A DNA stretch of 60,256 nucleotides, the filler included. It is 5 parts of 5 records of this genome, joined end to end, with 100 filler letters (N's around TTAATTAATTAA, not from the genome) between each part and the next. Parts side by side here need not be neighbours in the genome. Positions count along the whole stretch, not along the records: positions 13,736 to 21,575 come from SRR31156797_19891; positions 21,676 to 47,942 come from SRR31156797_19898; 3 more parts are not named here. One strand, 5' to 3'. Below are positions 19,745 to 28,343 of this stretch, piece after piece. Under the pieces are notes generated by a model. The model worked only from the letters and a program-made list of their open reading frames with translations, searched no databases and was not told the origin of the DNA. The translations under genes and the position numbers were made by a program. Positions within the stretch are counted from its first letter, which is position 1. Each line of letters opens with the position of its first letter.

Positions 19745-20152
19745 AAAATAGTTGCTAAATCTGAAGAAAAGCAATTTCAAATAATCTTTAAAAATTTTGC
19801 TGATTTATTTTTTGAAAATGTTGATATTGATATTTCATCAGAAGTTCATACTGGTAGAGGAATTGTGGATTTTAAATTTAGTATTGGTAAAAAATATCGA
19901 GCATTAATCGAAATAAAACTTGATTCAAATACTAATACCGAAAATGGCTTAAATTATCAGCTACCAATATACTTACATGCTGAAAATGTTGATATCGGAA
20001 TCTTTTTACTAGTTATTTTTAAAGAGCAAACAATAGAAAAAATATCTGAATATAAGCAAATGACATTACAGCTCAGTGAGAAGTATAAGAAAGACTTTCA
20101 TTTTTATTATATTGATGCAAGAAACAATATAAAATCTGGTTCAACAATATAA
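19742..20152 (+). pseudogene. 5'-truncated PD-(D/E)XK nuclease-like cassette gene
   Basis: SEVHTGRGIVDFKFS..ALIEIK..YQLPIY motif. No ATG or RBS just after the attC; the track ORF from 19565 only exists by reading through the attC. Followed by ATCTAAC at 20195-20201. Confidence 0.6.
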
Positions 20153-20231
20153 AACGCTGATGAATTACTTCTTTGAAAAATGAGTTTGTACAACATCTAA
20201 CAAAAAACATAATTTTTAATTCAAACAATTA

Positions 20232-20268
20232 AAAAGATTTCTTACAGATGTCTTGTAAGAAACCTTTT
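20232..20268 (-). terminator. Hairpin downstream of the TA operon
   Basis: AAAAGATTTCTTACA...TGTAAGAAACCTTTT. Confidence 0.55.
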
Positions 20269-20275
20269 ATAAACA

Positions 20276-20548
20276 TTAGTAAACATCATCATGTGAGCCG
20301 ACATTAATTGGTATTATTGTATCATCTTCTATAATAAAATCAATTGTAATTCGATAAGACATGTTAATTGAAACAGAATAAATTTCTGATAACTTCCCTT
20401 TTAATTTATGTAGTCTTAAAGATGGGTGATGAGGATTTAATTCCATTAATTTTAGAGTTTTTTCATATTGAGAAGCAATTTCAGGATGTTTTTTTATAAA
20501 TTTCTTTGCAATTTTGACATAGGAATCAGTAAAAACAAGTTTAGCCAT
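20276..20548 (-). CDS. Type II toxin, RelE/ParE superfamily
   Basis: 90 aa; HPSLRLHKLKG..YSVSINMSYRI..VGSHDDVY. Confidence 0.88.
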   Translation of the reverse strand: MAKLVFTDSYVKIAKKFIKKHPEIASQYEKTLKLMELNPHHPSLRLHKLKGKLSEIYSVSINMSYRITIDFIIEDDTIIPINVGSHDDVY

Positions 20549-20795
20549 TTTTTATTCTTTCCATATGCTCATCTACAGACTCTGTAGTGTAATTGCCATT
20601 TTTTAAATCGTTTCTTGCTTCTAAAAGAGCCGCTTCAAGCTCACATTCTCGCAAGTAATTATATTTTTCTAAAGAGAGAACAACATATTTATTTTTTCCT
20701 CTAACTGAAATCATTAATTCTTCATCATTTTGAATTACATCATTAAAAGCAGATACACCTTTTGTTTTAATATCATTAGCTGTGATACTAAGCAT
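20541..20795 (-). CDS. Type II antitoxin, Phd/YefM-like
   Basis: ITANDIKTKG..ISVRGKNKYVVLSLEKY; overlaps the toxin start; GGAGG RBS. Confidence 0.85.
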   Translation of the reverse strand: MLSITANDIKTKGVSAFNDVIQNDEELMISVRGKNKYVVLSLEKYNYLRECELEAALLEARNDLKNGNYTTESVDEHMERIKNG

Positions 20796-20825
20796 TATTT
20801 AACACCTCCACAAAACTATTTAGAA

Positions 20826-20862
20826 TACTATTAATAGTACTATAAAAAATACTTTTAGTCAA
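20826..20862 (-). promoter_or_regulatory. TA operon promoter with palindromic operator
   Basis: Minus-strand TTGACT-N17-TACTAT; perfect palindrome TACTATTAATAGTA (20826-20839) overlaps the -10. Confidence 0.65.
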
Positions 20863-20946
20863 GATGCTAAAAAATCTGTATTAAGAAAAAATAAATTAAA
20901 ATGAATAAAAGACTATTACTTAGAAAAGACTTTAAAGATTAAAAGC

Positions 20947-21001
20947 GTATAACACTAGCCAGATGAAATGAAACCCACACTTCATCTATGTCATTCAACG
21001 T
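20947..21001 (+). mobile_element. Degenerate attC-like remnant
   Basis: GTATAAC-ACTAGC-CAGATGAA...TTCATCT...CAACGT shares the TAAC..CAGAT..CATCT..ACGT skeleton with the 19657 attC but lacks an intact GTT. Confidence 0.45.
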
Positions 21002-21179
21002 CCCCCCCAACATTCCCCTCTTCTACTTTTTAAATCGGATATACATTATCTATTGATTCAGCTAACCGAGCTTATGACAAAAAAATACTTCATACGTTTC
21101 ACACCTAAAAAAGTTAATAATAATTGGCCGAGTTTGCGTTATAATATATTCACTATTTCACGCATTTTAAACAATATTC

Positions 21180-21421
21180 TAAATTTTGAAAAATGTTATT
21201 TTGATGAATCCTGGTACACTGTATCTCTTAATGATAGTTTACTTTCATTGGCAGATAGAAAACTTTCAACTTATATAAATTCATTAGCTAAAGCTGGTTT
21301 TGTAATTGAAGAAATGGTTGAAGAATCCGAAAATAAATATCTGGAAAATAATGATAGCCTTTTTGCTCAGAAAGCTCAAATGTTACCTGTAACTTTTGTA
21401 ATTAAAGCAAGAAAACAGTAA
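21180..21421 (+). pseudogene. C-terminal fragment of a class I SAM methyltransferase
   Basis: YFDESWY..RKLSTYINSLAKAGFVIEEMVEE..PVTFVIKARK; no SAM-binding motif upstream; followed by ACCTAAC (21432-21438). The 5' boundary is approximate. Confidence 0.55.
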
Positions 21422-21575
21422 CAATTTTAATACCTAACAAACATTATAAATTGCATTTACTTATGTAATCTAATTTTGATAATTTATTGGACATAATTTT
21501 TTAGTACTAAAGTATGTTTGAATTTATTCATTCACGTGGTATAACTATATTATATAAATTTTAATTAGTTTCTTA

Positions 21576-21675
21576 NNNNNNNNNNNNNNNNNNNNNNNNN
21601 NNNNNNNNNNNNNNNNNNNTTAATTAATTAANNNNNNNNNNNNNNNNNNNNNNNNNNNNNNNNNNNNNNNNNNNN
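21576..21675. other. Artificial contig linker
   Basis: N44-TTAATTAATTAA-N44. Confidence 0.97.
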
Positions 21676-21685
21676 TTCTCCGCCA
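21676..21685 (+). tRNA. Probable 3' end of a tRNA (Ser-like) or its att duplicate, cut by the contig edge
   Basis: TTCTCCGCCA directly followed by a terminator hairpin; only 10 nt visible. Confidence 0.45.
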
Positions 21686-21691
21686 TATTTT

Positions 21692-21725
21692 AAGGGCTTA
21701 CGATGTAAATCGTAAGCCCTTTTTT
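21692..21725. terminator. Terminator hairpin, direct-repeat copy 1
   Basis: AAGGGCTTACGAT-GTAA-ATCGTAAGCCCTT followed by a T-tract. Confidence 0.85.
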
Positions 21726-21727
21726 CG

Positions 21728-22750
21728 TTATCTCTTTAGTGCATTGACTAAGAATTCAATAGTTTTTGTGTTGTATATCGATGGGGTGGCCGTTGGGATT
21801 TTGCCATGTTGTAGATATTCGTCTTCGGCTGTCTTATTGCGAAAGTTAAACATAGAATACTCTGTGTTGAACTTGAGCTTATTGTCCTTGATGGCATTCC
21901 ACACATCTGCTTGGCTTACATATGATAGTTTTGCGCGGACTTCTTTATCGACTTCTAAAGCTGACAAGGGATATTGTTTTAGAGTGTTCTCTTTTATCTT
22001 TGTGGTTAGTTCAACTTGTGTCACAGGGACGACCTCTCCAACCAGTTTTAGCGTGGTCGCTCCATCTTTTTCGTCGAACGAGCCTTCTTTGATGAATTTG
22101 ATTTGATCGATTAGTTCTTCATCGACAACCAAAATATTGTCTGGGTCTTTTTCGATCACTCCATTTTCAGTATCAAGTATTGCTGCATTGCCAGGGCCTA
22201 CCTTTCCTATTCTTTCCATCAGATGAACCCATTGCGAGTTGGTTTTTTCGATTCTTTTGTTTATAATGTTTTCTAATTCTGCAAAGAGTATTTTTTGAGT
22301 ACGCCCACCATATCGGTAGTAAATTTCACCATTTCGGATATTTCCGCGATCATCACTTTTTTTTGCAATTACAGGTTTGGTGTTAGCTTCAAATATTCTT
22401 AAAACTCCGATGGTTATGTCGTTCAATTCGAAGGTTGCTTGTTCCCATGAAATGCTCGGAGTAAAGAAGTCCAGCAAGAAACCGGTGATGGCTTCAGGGT
22501 CAATTTTATCAAATTGTTTTTTTGATTCATCAGTTAATCCGCAAGGTATTCTTGGCGAATCTTTAATTCCGAAAATGATGTATCCACCCTTATTGTTTGC
22601 GAACGCTGCAAAGTCTCTAAAATAGTCTGCAAGGCCTGCGAAATTGAACTGTTCTTTATATTCCAATTCTTGACTCTCTCTGTGAAAGAGAGAGTTGCCT
22701 TTTAGCCTTAGAAATTCTTTAATAATTGTTTCTTTCATAAAGATTTCCAT
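21728..22750 (-). CDS. Schlafen/AlbA_2-domain protein
   Basis: ESQELEYKE..FAAFANNKGGYIIFGIKD..IYYRYGGRT; visibly lower GC than neighbouring genes. Confidence 0.85.
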   Translation of the reverse strand: MEIFMKETIIKEFLRLKGNSLFHRESQELEYKEQFNFAGLADYFRDFAAFANNKGGYIIFGIKDSPRIPCGLTDESKKQFDKIDPEAITGFLLDFFTPSISWEQATFELNDITIGVLRIFEANTKPVIAKKSDDRGNIRNGEIYYRYGGRTQKILFAELENIINKRIEKTNSQWVHLMERIGKVGPGNAAILDTENGVIEKDPDNILVVDEELIDQIKFIKEGSFDEKDGATTLKLVGEVVPVTQVELTTKIKENTLKQYPLSALEVDKEVRAKLSYVSQADVWNAIKDNKLKFNTEYSMFNFRNKTAEDEYLQHGKIPTATPSIYNTKTIEFLVNALKR

Positions 22751-22965
22751 TTTGTTATGAATAATTTATTGTTGTGTATAGTCTTTTGCAACTGCTTTGT
22801 AACTAATTAGTTGTTTTACGAGGCTATAAGTGGGGTTTTATGAAACTAGAAGGCAACGCAAAATTATAAGATTAGCTGTTTTCAAGTTTATACGATTTGT
22901 CATAAGAATATTCTTCTAATCTATCTAATTGTTAACTGGTGGCAAAATGCTTTTTTAACTATTTC

Positions 22966-23032
22966 GAGATTCCAATCTCTCCTTTTTCGTCAAATTTCAA
23001 GGGCTTACGATGTGTGTCGTAAGCCCTTTTTT
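22966..23032 (+). repeat. Degenerate tRNA-3'-end duplicate plus terminator, direct-repeat copy 2 (attR-like)
   Basis: GAGATTCCAATCTCTCCTTTTTCGTCA resembles a decayed T-arm/acceptor end, followed by AAGGGCTTACGA-TGTGTG-TCGTAAGCCCTTTTTT. Confidence 0.7.
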
Positions 23033-23086
23033 GTGCTGAAATTAAGAGGTGTGGAATATTGTGTATCTCGACGTTGTCGAAACACC

Positions 23087-23120
23087 AAAAAAAGGGAGGG
23101 CTGCATATGCAGCCCTCCCC
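23087..23120 (-). terminator. Rho-independent terminator of the bet operon
   Basis: GGGAGGGCTGCA-TA-TGCAGCCCTCCC with an A7 tract on the left. Confidence 0.85.
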
Positions 23121-23145
23121 TTAAATCTCAGAATGAGGGTTATAC

Positions 23146-24099
23146 CTAGATCTTGGAATCCAGATATGCCTTGAAGGCTGTTGTGGCGGGTTTGCCGTCG
23201 GCAGTGGTGACGCCTTTGAGCCAATTTTCGTATGTGGCGGGATTGGCCTTGAGCCATTTGAGACCGGCTTTGCTCAGGCCGATGGTCTTGTCATTGTGAA
23301 CGGAAGTCATGATCTGGTTCATCATGGACACGGGGAAGGTCATGTTTTTGAACAGCTTGGCCACGTTGGGGTTGTCTTGTTCCAACCCTTTGCGGATGTT
23401 GGTGTAGACAGTTGCGGTCCCGTCGTTATCGCCGAAGGTCTGGGCCGTGCTGCCGGTAAGATAGGTCATGTCGATGCGTTCGTTCATGCTGTGTGGAGCC
23501 CAGCCGAGGAAGACGATCCACTTGTTGTTCTGTGCGTAGGCCTTTGCCTGAGCGAGCATGGCAACTTCGCTGGAGGCAACCAGCTTGAACTTGCCCAGTC
23601 CGAACATGTCTTTGTCGATCATGTCCTGAATGATCATGTTGCCGTCATTGCCGGCTTCGATACCGTGAATTTTCCAATCGAGCTTGTCGCCGTATTTGGC
23701 GATATCGCTAAAGTCCTTGAGGCCTGCTTCTGCGCAGAAAGTCGGTGTGGCGAGGGTGTATTTCGCGCCGGGCATATTTGCGACGTATTTGATGACCTTG
23801 CCGGTTTTGAAGAATTTGTCTGCGATGTTGGCCATGGAAGGCATCCAGTTGCCAAAGAATACATCGGCATCGCCGCTGGCAAGAGCAGTGTAGGTGATGG
23901 GTACGGAGAAGACTTTGTTCTCTGATTTGTAGCCAAGGCTTTCGAGAACGGAAACAGCGATTTCCGATTTGATGGTTACTCCGGTCCAGGAAACGCTGGC
24001 GACGGTAATTTTTTCAGCTGCATGTGCAGCGAAGGCGGAGCAGAAAAGGGTTGCGATGATGAACGAAGCGAAGATAATCCGCTTAAGGCCAGAAGACAT
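23146..24099 (-). CDS. Glycine betaine/choline ABC transporter substrate-binding protein (ProX/ChoX/OpuAC family)
   Basis: Signal peptide; SVSWTG, DVFFGNWMPS, GIEAGNDGN, FLGWAPHSMN. Confidence 0.88.
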   Translation of the reverse strand: MSSGLKRIIFASFIIATLFCSAFAAHAAEKITVASVSWTGVTIKSEIAVSVLESLGYKSENKVFSVPITYTALASGDADVFFGNWMPSMANIADKFFKTGKVIKYVANMPGAKYTLATPTFCAEAGLKDFSDIAKYGDKLDWKIHGIEAGNDGNMIIQDMIDKDMFGLGKFKLVASSEVAMLAQAKAYAQNNKWIVFLGWAPHSMNERIDMTYLTGSTAQTFGDNDGTATVYTNIRKGLEQDNPNVAKLFKNMTFPVSMMNQIMTSVHNDKTIGLSKAGLKWLKANPATYENWLKGVTTADGKPATTAFKAYLDSKI

Positions 24100-24183
24100 T
24101 AAACCTCCACGGTTAAAATTGCTGGGACAGCTGCTGATTAGTGAGCCGTTCCCATACGCACGAATGTGCGCGTGATGCTATAC

Positions 24184-25659
24184 TCAGCCGCCAAACCAGT
24201 TGAGGGGCTTGGTGGCATAGTTGCGGTAAATGTGTTTGACCTCGGTGTATTCTTCGAGGCCGATTTTTCCGAGTTCACGGCCCAAGCCGGATTGTTTGTA
24301 GCCGCCCCAAGGGGCTTGTACGAAGTATACATTGAAGTCGTTTACCCACACCGTTCCAAAACGGAGCGCCTTGGAAACACGTTCGATGCGGTCGACATTG
24401 CTGGTCCAGAATCCTGCGGACAGACCATAAATGGTGTCGTTGGCCCGTTCTATGGCCTCTTCTTCTGTATCAAACCGTTCGATCGTGATGACGGGGCCGA
24501 AAACTTCTTCCTGTACAATGCGCATGTCATTCGCGCATTCGGAGAACAAAGTCGGCATGCAGAAATACCCTTTTTGCAGGGCTGGATCAGTCGGGCGTGT
24601 TCCACCCAGAAGGAGCTTGGCACCCTCGTTTTTTGCTATTTCAATGTAGTTTTCCACCTTGGCGAGATGGGGGGCGGAGATGAGCGGTCCCATTTGGGTC
24701 TTTTCATCAAAACCGTTGCCTAGAATGATGCGCTCCATGCGCTGACGCAGGGCTTCCACAAAGCGGTCGTGGATGCCGGACTGTACCATGACTCGGGCGC
24801 CAGCAGAGCATATCTGACCTGCATGGAAGAAAACGCCGTTGAGGGCGTAGTCCACGGCAAGGTCAAAGTCTGCGTCATCGAAAATGATATTGGGATTTTT
24901 GCCGCCCAGCTCCAAGGCCACTTTTTTCACGTTGCCTGTTGCGGCCCGCATGATGGTCTTGCCGGTGGCAATACCGCCAGTAAAGGAAATGAGGTCGACG
25001 TCATCACTCTCAGCCAGTTCTGCGCCTACCTCGGGGCCGGGGCCGAGCACAGTGTTGATGACACCAGCCGGAAATCCGGCTTCTTCAGCGAGTTCTGTTA
25101 CCTTGAGGGTGGTCAGCGGGGTGATCTCGCTTGGTTTCATGACGATGGTACACCCTGCGGCCAGCGCCGGAGCCATCTTCCACGACGCCTGAAGCAGTGG
25201 GTAATTCCAAGGAGATATTTGGCCGCACACACCCACCGGCTCACGTATCACTGTGCTGGTTGAGTCCGGGTTGGGCGAGGCGATAACTTCGCCACCATCC
25301 TTGTCTGCCAGTCCTGCGAAGTAACGGAAGATACCCGCGATATCATCCATATCCCACCGGCTTTCTTCCACCGTCTTTCCTGTGTCGAGGCTTTCCAGTC
25401 GGGCCATTTCTTCGTGGTCGCGCTCGATAAGGTCGGCTAATTTGAAGAGAAGCCTTGCCCGTTCAGATGCCGGGGTTTGCGGCCAGCCTCCCTTGTCGAA
25501 GGCATGGCGGGCCGCCTTGATGGCCGCTTTGGTATCATCGCGATTCCCTTCGGCGACTTTTGCGATAGTCGAAGCGTCAAACGGGTTCAGTATGTCGCGC
25601 TCTTTGTCGGAGCATGATTCGACCCATTGGCCGTTGATATAGAGTTTGCCTGTGATCAT
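24184..25659 (-). CDS. betB: Betaine aldehyde dehydrogenase
   Basis: ISPWNYP, KPSE, FTGG, LELGGKNP, AGQICSAG, EEVFGP; adjacent to betA. Confidence 0.9.
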   Translation of the reverse strand: MITGKLYINGQWVESCSDKERDILNPFDASTIAKVAEGNRDDTKAAIKAARHAFDKGGWPQTPASERARLLFKLADLIERDHEEMARLESLDTGKTVEESRWDMDDIAGIFRYFAGLADKDGGEVIASPNPDSTSTVIREPVGVCGQISPWNYPLLQASWKMAPALAAGCTIVMKPSEITPLTTLKVTELAEEAGFPAGVINTVLGPGPEVGAELAESDDVDLISFTGGIATGKTIMRAATGNVKKVALELGGKNPNIIFDDADFDLAVDYALNGVFFHAGQICSAGARVMVQSGIHDRFVEALRQRMERIILGNGFDEKTQMGPLISAPHLAKVENYIEIAKNEGAKLLLGGTRPTDPALQKGYFCMPTLFSECANDMRIVQEEVFGPVITIERFDTEEEAIERANDTIYGLSAGFWTSNVDRIERVSKALRFGTVWVNDFNVYFVQAPWGGYKQSGLGRELGKIGLEEYTEVKHIYRNYATKPLNWFGG

Positions 25660-25674
25660 GGTTACTCCCGCAGG

Positions 25675-27312
25675 TTACTTTTTATGCTTGTAAAAGGGGG
25701 CGGTGTCAGGAGCCAATGGCGTATTACCAAGAATCAGGTCAGCAGCTTTTTCTGCGATCATCATGGTTGGAGCGTAGATGTTGCCGTTGGTCACGTAGGG
25801 CATGACTGATGCATCAACGACACGCAGTCCTTCAACGCCGTGTACGCGCAGTTCCGGGTCTGTAACGGCCATATCGCCGGTGCCCATGGCACAGGTGCAA
25901 CTCGGATGGTAGGCAGATTCACCTTCGTTCGCCACGAAATCCAGAATCTCCTCGTCTGTCTGAGCCTGTATTCCGGGAGCGAGTTCTTTGCCTCGGAATT
26001 CATCAAACGCAGGCTGGGTCATTATTTCGCGGGTTTTGCGGATGGCTTCGACCCATTCACGTTTTTCCTGTTCGGTTGAAAGGTAGTTGAAGAGGACGCT
26101 TGGATATTCGTTGGGGTCCGATGATTTGATTTTTACATGACCGCGTACATCGGTATTCATGGGGCCGACGTGGACCTGATACCCGTGACCCTCGTTCGGA
26201 GCAGAGCCGTCGTAGCGGATGGCGATGGGCAGGAAATGATATTGGATATTGGGGTACTCAAGCTGGTCGTTGCTGCGAATGAAGCCGCCCGCCTCGAAGT
26301 GGTTTGTCGCAGCTTCGCCTTTGCCCGCAAGGAGCCATTTCAGACCAATCAATGGCTGGTTATACCACTTGAGAGCAGGGTACATGCTCACCGGTTTCTT
26401 GCAGGCATACTGGACGTACAATTCAAGGTGATCCTGAAGATTTTCGCCAACGCCCGGAAGGTCTTGAACCACATTAATGCCGAGATCTGAAAGCTCTTTG
26501 CCGTTGCCTATCCCTGAGAGTTGGAGCAACTGCGGGGAGTTGATGGACCCACCGCAACAAATGACTTCACCGGCGTACGCCTTCATGACCTGTTTGGCGC
26601 GAGTGTATTCCACTCCCACGGCGCGATTGCCTTCGAACAGGATGCGCGTTGTCATTGCCTTGCATTTGACGGTCAGGTTGCGGCGGTTTTTGACGGGATG
26701 GACATATGCGCGGGCGGCATTCCAACGGCGGCCTTGATACGTCGTGCGGTCAAATTTGCCGAACCCTTCTTGCTGGTAGCCATTAACATCCTTGGTCAAT
26801 GGATAGCCTGCTTCCTGCACGGCATTGAAGAAAGCGTTGAAGAGCGGATTGTCGCATTCCGGTTCTGTCAGATAGAGCGGCCCGACAGCTCCCTGATATT
26901 CATCAGCACCGGCAGTGCGTCCTTCAAATCGTTTGAAATACGGAAGGCAATGGGCATACGACCAGTTTTCCAGTCCATCTTCCTTGGCCCATTTTTCGTA
27001 ATCCATGGCGTTGCCACGGATGTGGATCATGCCGTTGATGCAACTGGAACCGCCAAGTACTTTTCCCCGCGGTTGATAGATACGGCGGTTGTTCATGTGT
27101 GGTTCCGGCTCGGATTCGTACCACCAGTTGTAGGTTTTTCCGGCCAGAGGGTATGTCAATGCGGCAGGCATATGAATGCGGAAATCGAATTTGAAATCAG
27201 GCAGGCCCGCTTCAAGGACGAGGACTTTGTTTTTGGGATTGGCACTCAGGCGGTTGGCAAGAACAGACCCTGCGGAGCCGCCACCGACAATTATGTAATC
27301 ATATCTTTTCAT
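25675..27312 (-). CDS. betA: Choline dehydrogenase (GMC oxidoreductase)
   Basis: GGGSAG, RGKVLGGSSCINGM, GENLQDHLE, AYHPSCTC, NGNIYAPT. Confidence 0.93.
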   Translation of the reverse strand: MKRYDYIIVGGGSAGSVLANRLSANPKNKVLVLEAGLPDFKFDFRIHMPAALTYPLAGKTYNWWYESEPEPHMNNRRIYQPRGKVLGGSSCINGMIHIRGNAMDYEKWAKEDGLENWSYAHCLPYFKRFEGRTAGADEYQGAVGPLYLTEPECDNPLFNAFFNAVQEAGYPLTKDVNGYQQEGFGKFDRTTYQGRRWNAARAYVHPVKNRRNLTVKCKAMTTRILFEGNRAVGVEYTRAKQVMKAYAGEVICCGGSINSPQLLQLSGIGNGKELSDLGINVVQDLPGVGENLQDHLELYVQYACKKPVSMYPALKWYNQPLIGLKWLLAGKGEAATNHFEAGGFIRSNDQLEYPNIQYHFLPIAIRYDGSAPNEGHGYQVHVGPMNTDVRGHVKIKSSDPNEYPSVLFNYLSTEQEKREWVEAIRKTREIMTQPAFDEFRGKELAPGIQAQTDEEILDFVANEGESAYHPSCTCAMGTGDMAVTDPELRVHGVEGLRVVDASVMPYVTNGNIYAPTMMIAEKAADLILGNTPLAPDTAPFYKHKK

Positions 27313-27330
27313 GTGTGTTTTCTCTTTTCG

Positions 27331-28113
27331 CTATTGTTCGTCTTTTTGGAGGAATTCCGCATCCGGCTCATTCGTAAGTGCTGCCTTTTCATCGATGCAT
27401 TGGCGCAAAAGCACATAGTGGTACCCGATGAATGCCAAGGCTCTCATGAGTTCGCCTTGAGCGATTGCACGCGCCGTGTCACTCCAGTTGGCCGCAGCCC
27501 GTTCGCGGTAGGCCGCATCTTCGTACAAGGCGTAGTCATGGGAACTGAATCCCATCTGAATGGCGTGCATGACCCATTCGAAAAGCGGGTTACGGGCCAT
27601 ACGAGCCAGCATAATGTTCAATTTCCGATCCAGCTCACTGCTGGCGATAAAGTCTGGTTCGTCTTCCCGAAGCATTGACTCCAAGCGAAGTGCTTCTTTG
27701 AACAGCTCGTCCTTTTCGGCTTGATCTGCATGCGCGATGGCGAGTTGTGTAATCGTTCTATCTATGGTTTCGCGAAATTCGATGAGCTTTTCCGGGTTCA
27801 CAGGATTTTGCTTGAGAAATAAGGCAAGAGATTCTGAAACATTATCGACATCCAGCTGTCGGATATAGGCTCCGCCCTTAGCTCCTTTCTTTACCTCAAG
27901 GAGTCCTTTTTGTTTGAGGATTTTGATGGCTTCACGAACGACGCCGCGCCCGGTTCCAAACTGTGATTGCATCTCCCTTTCGCTTGGCAAACGTTCGCCG
28001 GGCGATAAGCGTCCATCCATGATGGCTGCTTCAATTTGGAGAGCAACTTCCTCGCTGGCACGTCCGGCCTGAACGGGAATGAACATTGTTTGAAGAGTAA
28101 TATTGTGAGGCAA
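27331..28113 (-). CDS. GntR/FadR-family regulator
   Basis: PGERLPSERE..FGTGRGVVREAI wHTH followed by an FCD-like domain. Confidence 0.9.
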   Translation of the reverse strand: MPHNITLQTMFIPVQAGRASEEVALQIEAAIMDGRLSPGERLPSEREMQSQFGTGRGVVREAIKILKQKGLLEVKKGAKGGAYIRQLDVDNVSESLALFLKQNPVNPEKLIEFRETIDRTITQLAIAHADQAEKDELFKEALRLESMLREDEPDFIASSELDRKLNIMLARMARNPLFEWVMHAIQMGFSSHDYALYEDAAYRERAAANWSDTARAIAQGELMRALAFIGYHYVLLRQCIDEKAALTNEPDAEFLQKDEQ

Positions 28114-28176
28114 TGGTACTACCTAATAGTCGTATTTACGGCTTGGATATAAGTTTTGAAGGTCATTTTCTTATGT

Positions 28177-28217
28177 TTGGTCGGACCATTGTAGGCATGC
28201 CAATTCGATTCAGTCAA
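28177..28217 (-). promoter_or_regulatory. Sigma70 promoter with FadR-type operator
   Basis: Minus-strand TTGACT-N18-TACAAT abutting the palindrome TGGTC-G-GACCA (28178-28188). Confidence 0.7.
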
Positions 28218-28343
28218 GAAGGCGGCAGGGAATAGCAAGAGGGGCGGGCATTAAAACCGGGGCATTGGGTTATAAGTATTTTCTAATTTTTGATATACTG
28301 GTATGTTGATTTCATCTGATAATTCAAATGGTAAAGATGTACG

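Noticed and set aside
21053-21179. N-terminal part of track ORF 21053-21421
   Set aside because: No RBS and no methyltransferase-like sequence; only the 3' part looks like a real gene remnant.
26521-27678. Long antisense ORFs (26521-27678, 31704-33014, 3290-4054, 40290-41168)
   Set aside because: They overlap well-supported genes on the opposite strand and have no motifs; shadow ORFs expected in GC-rich coding DNA.
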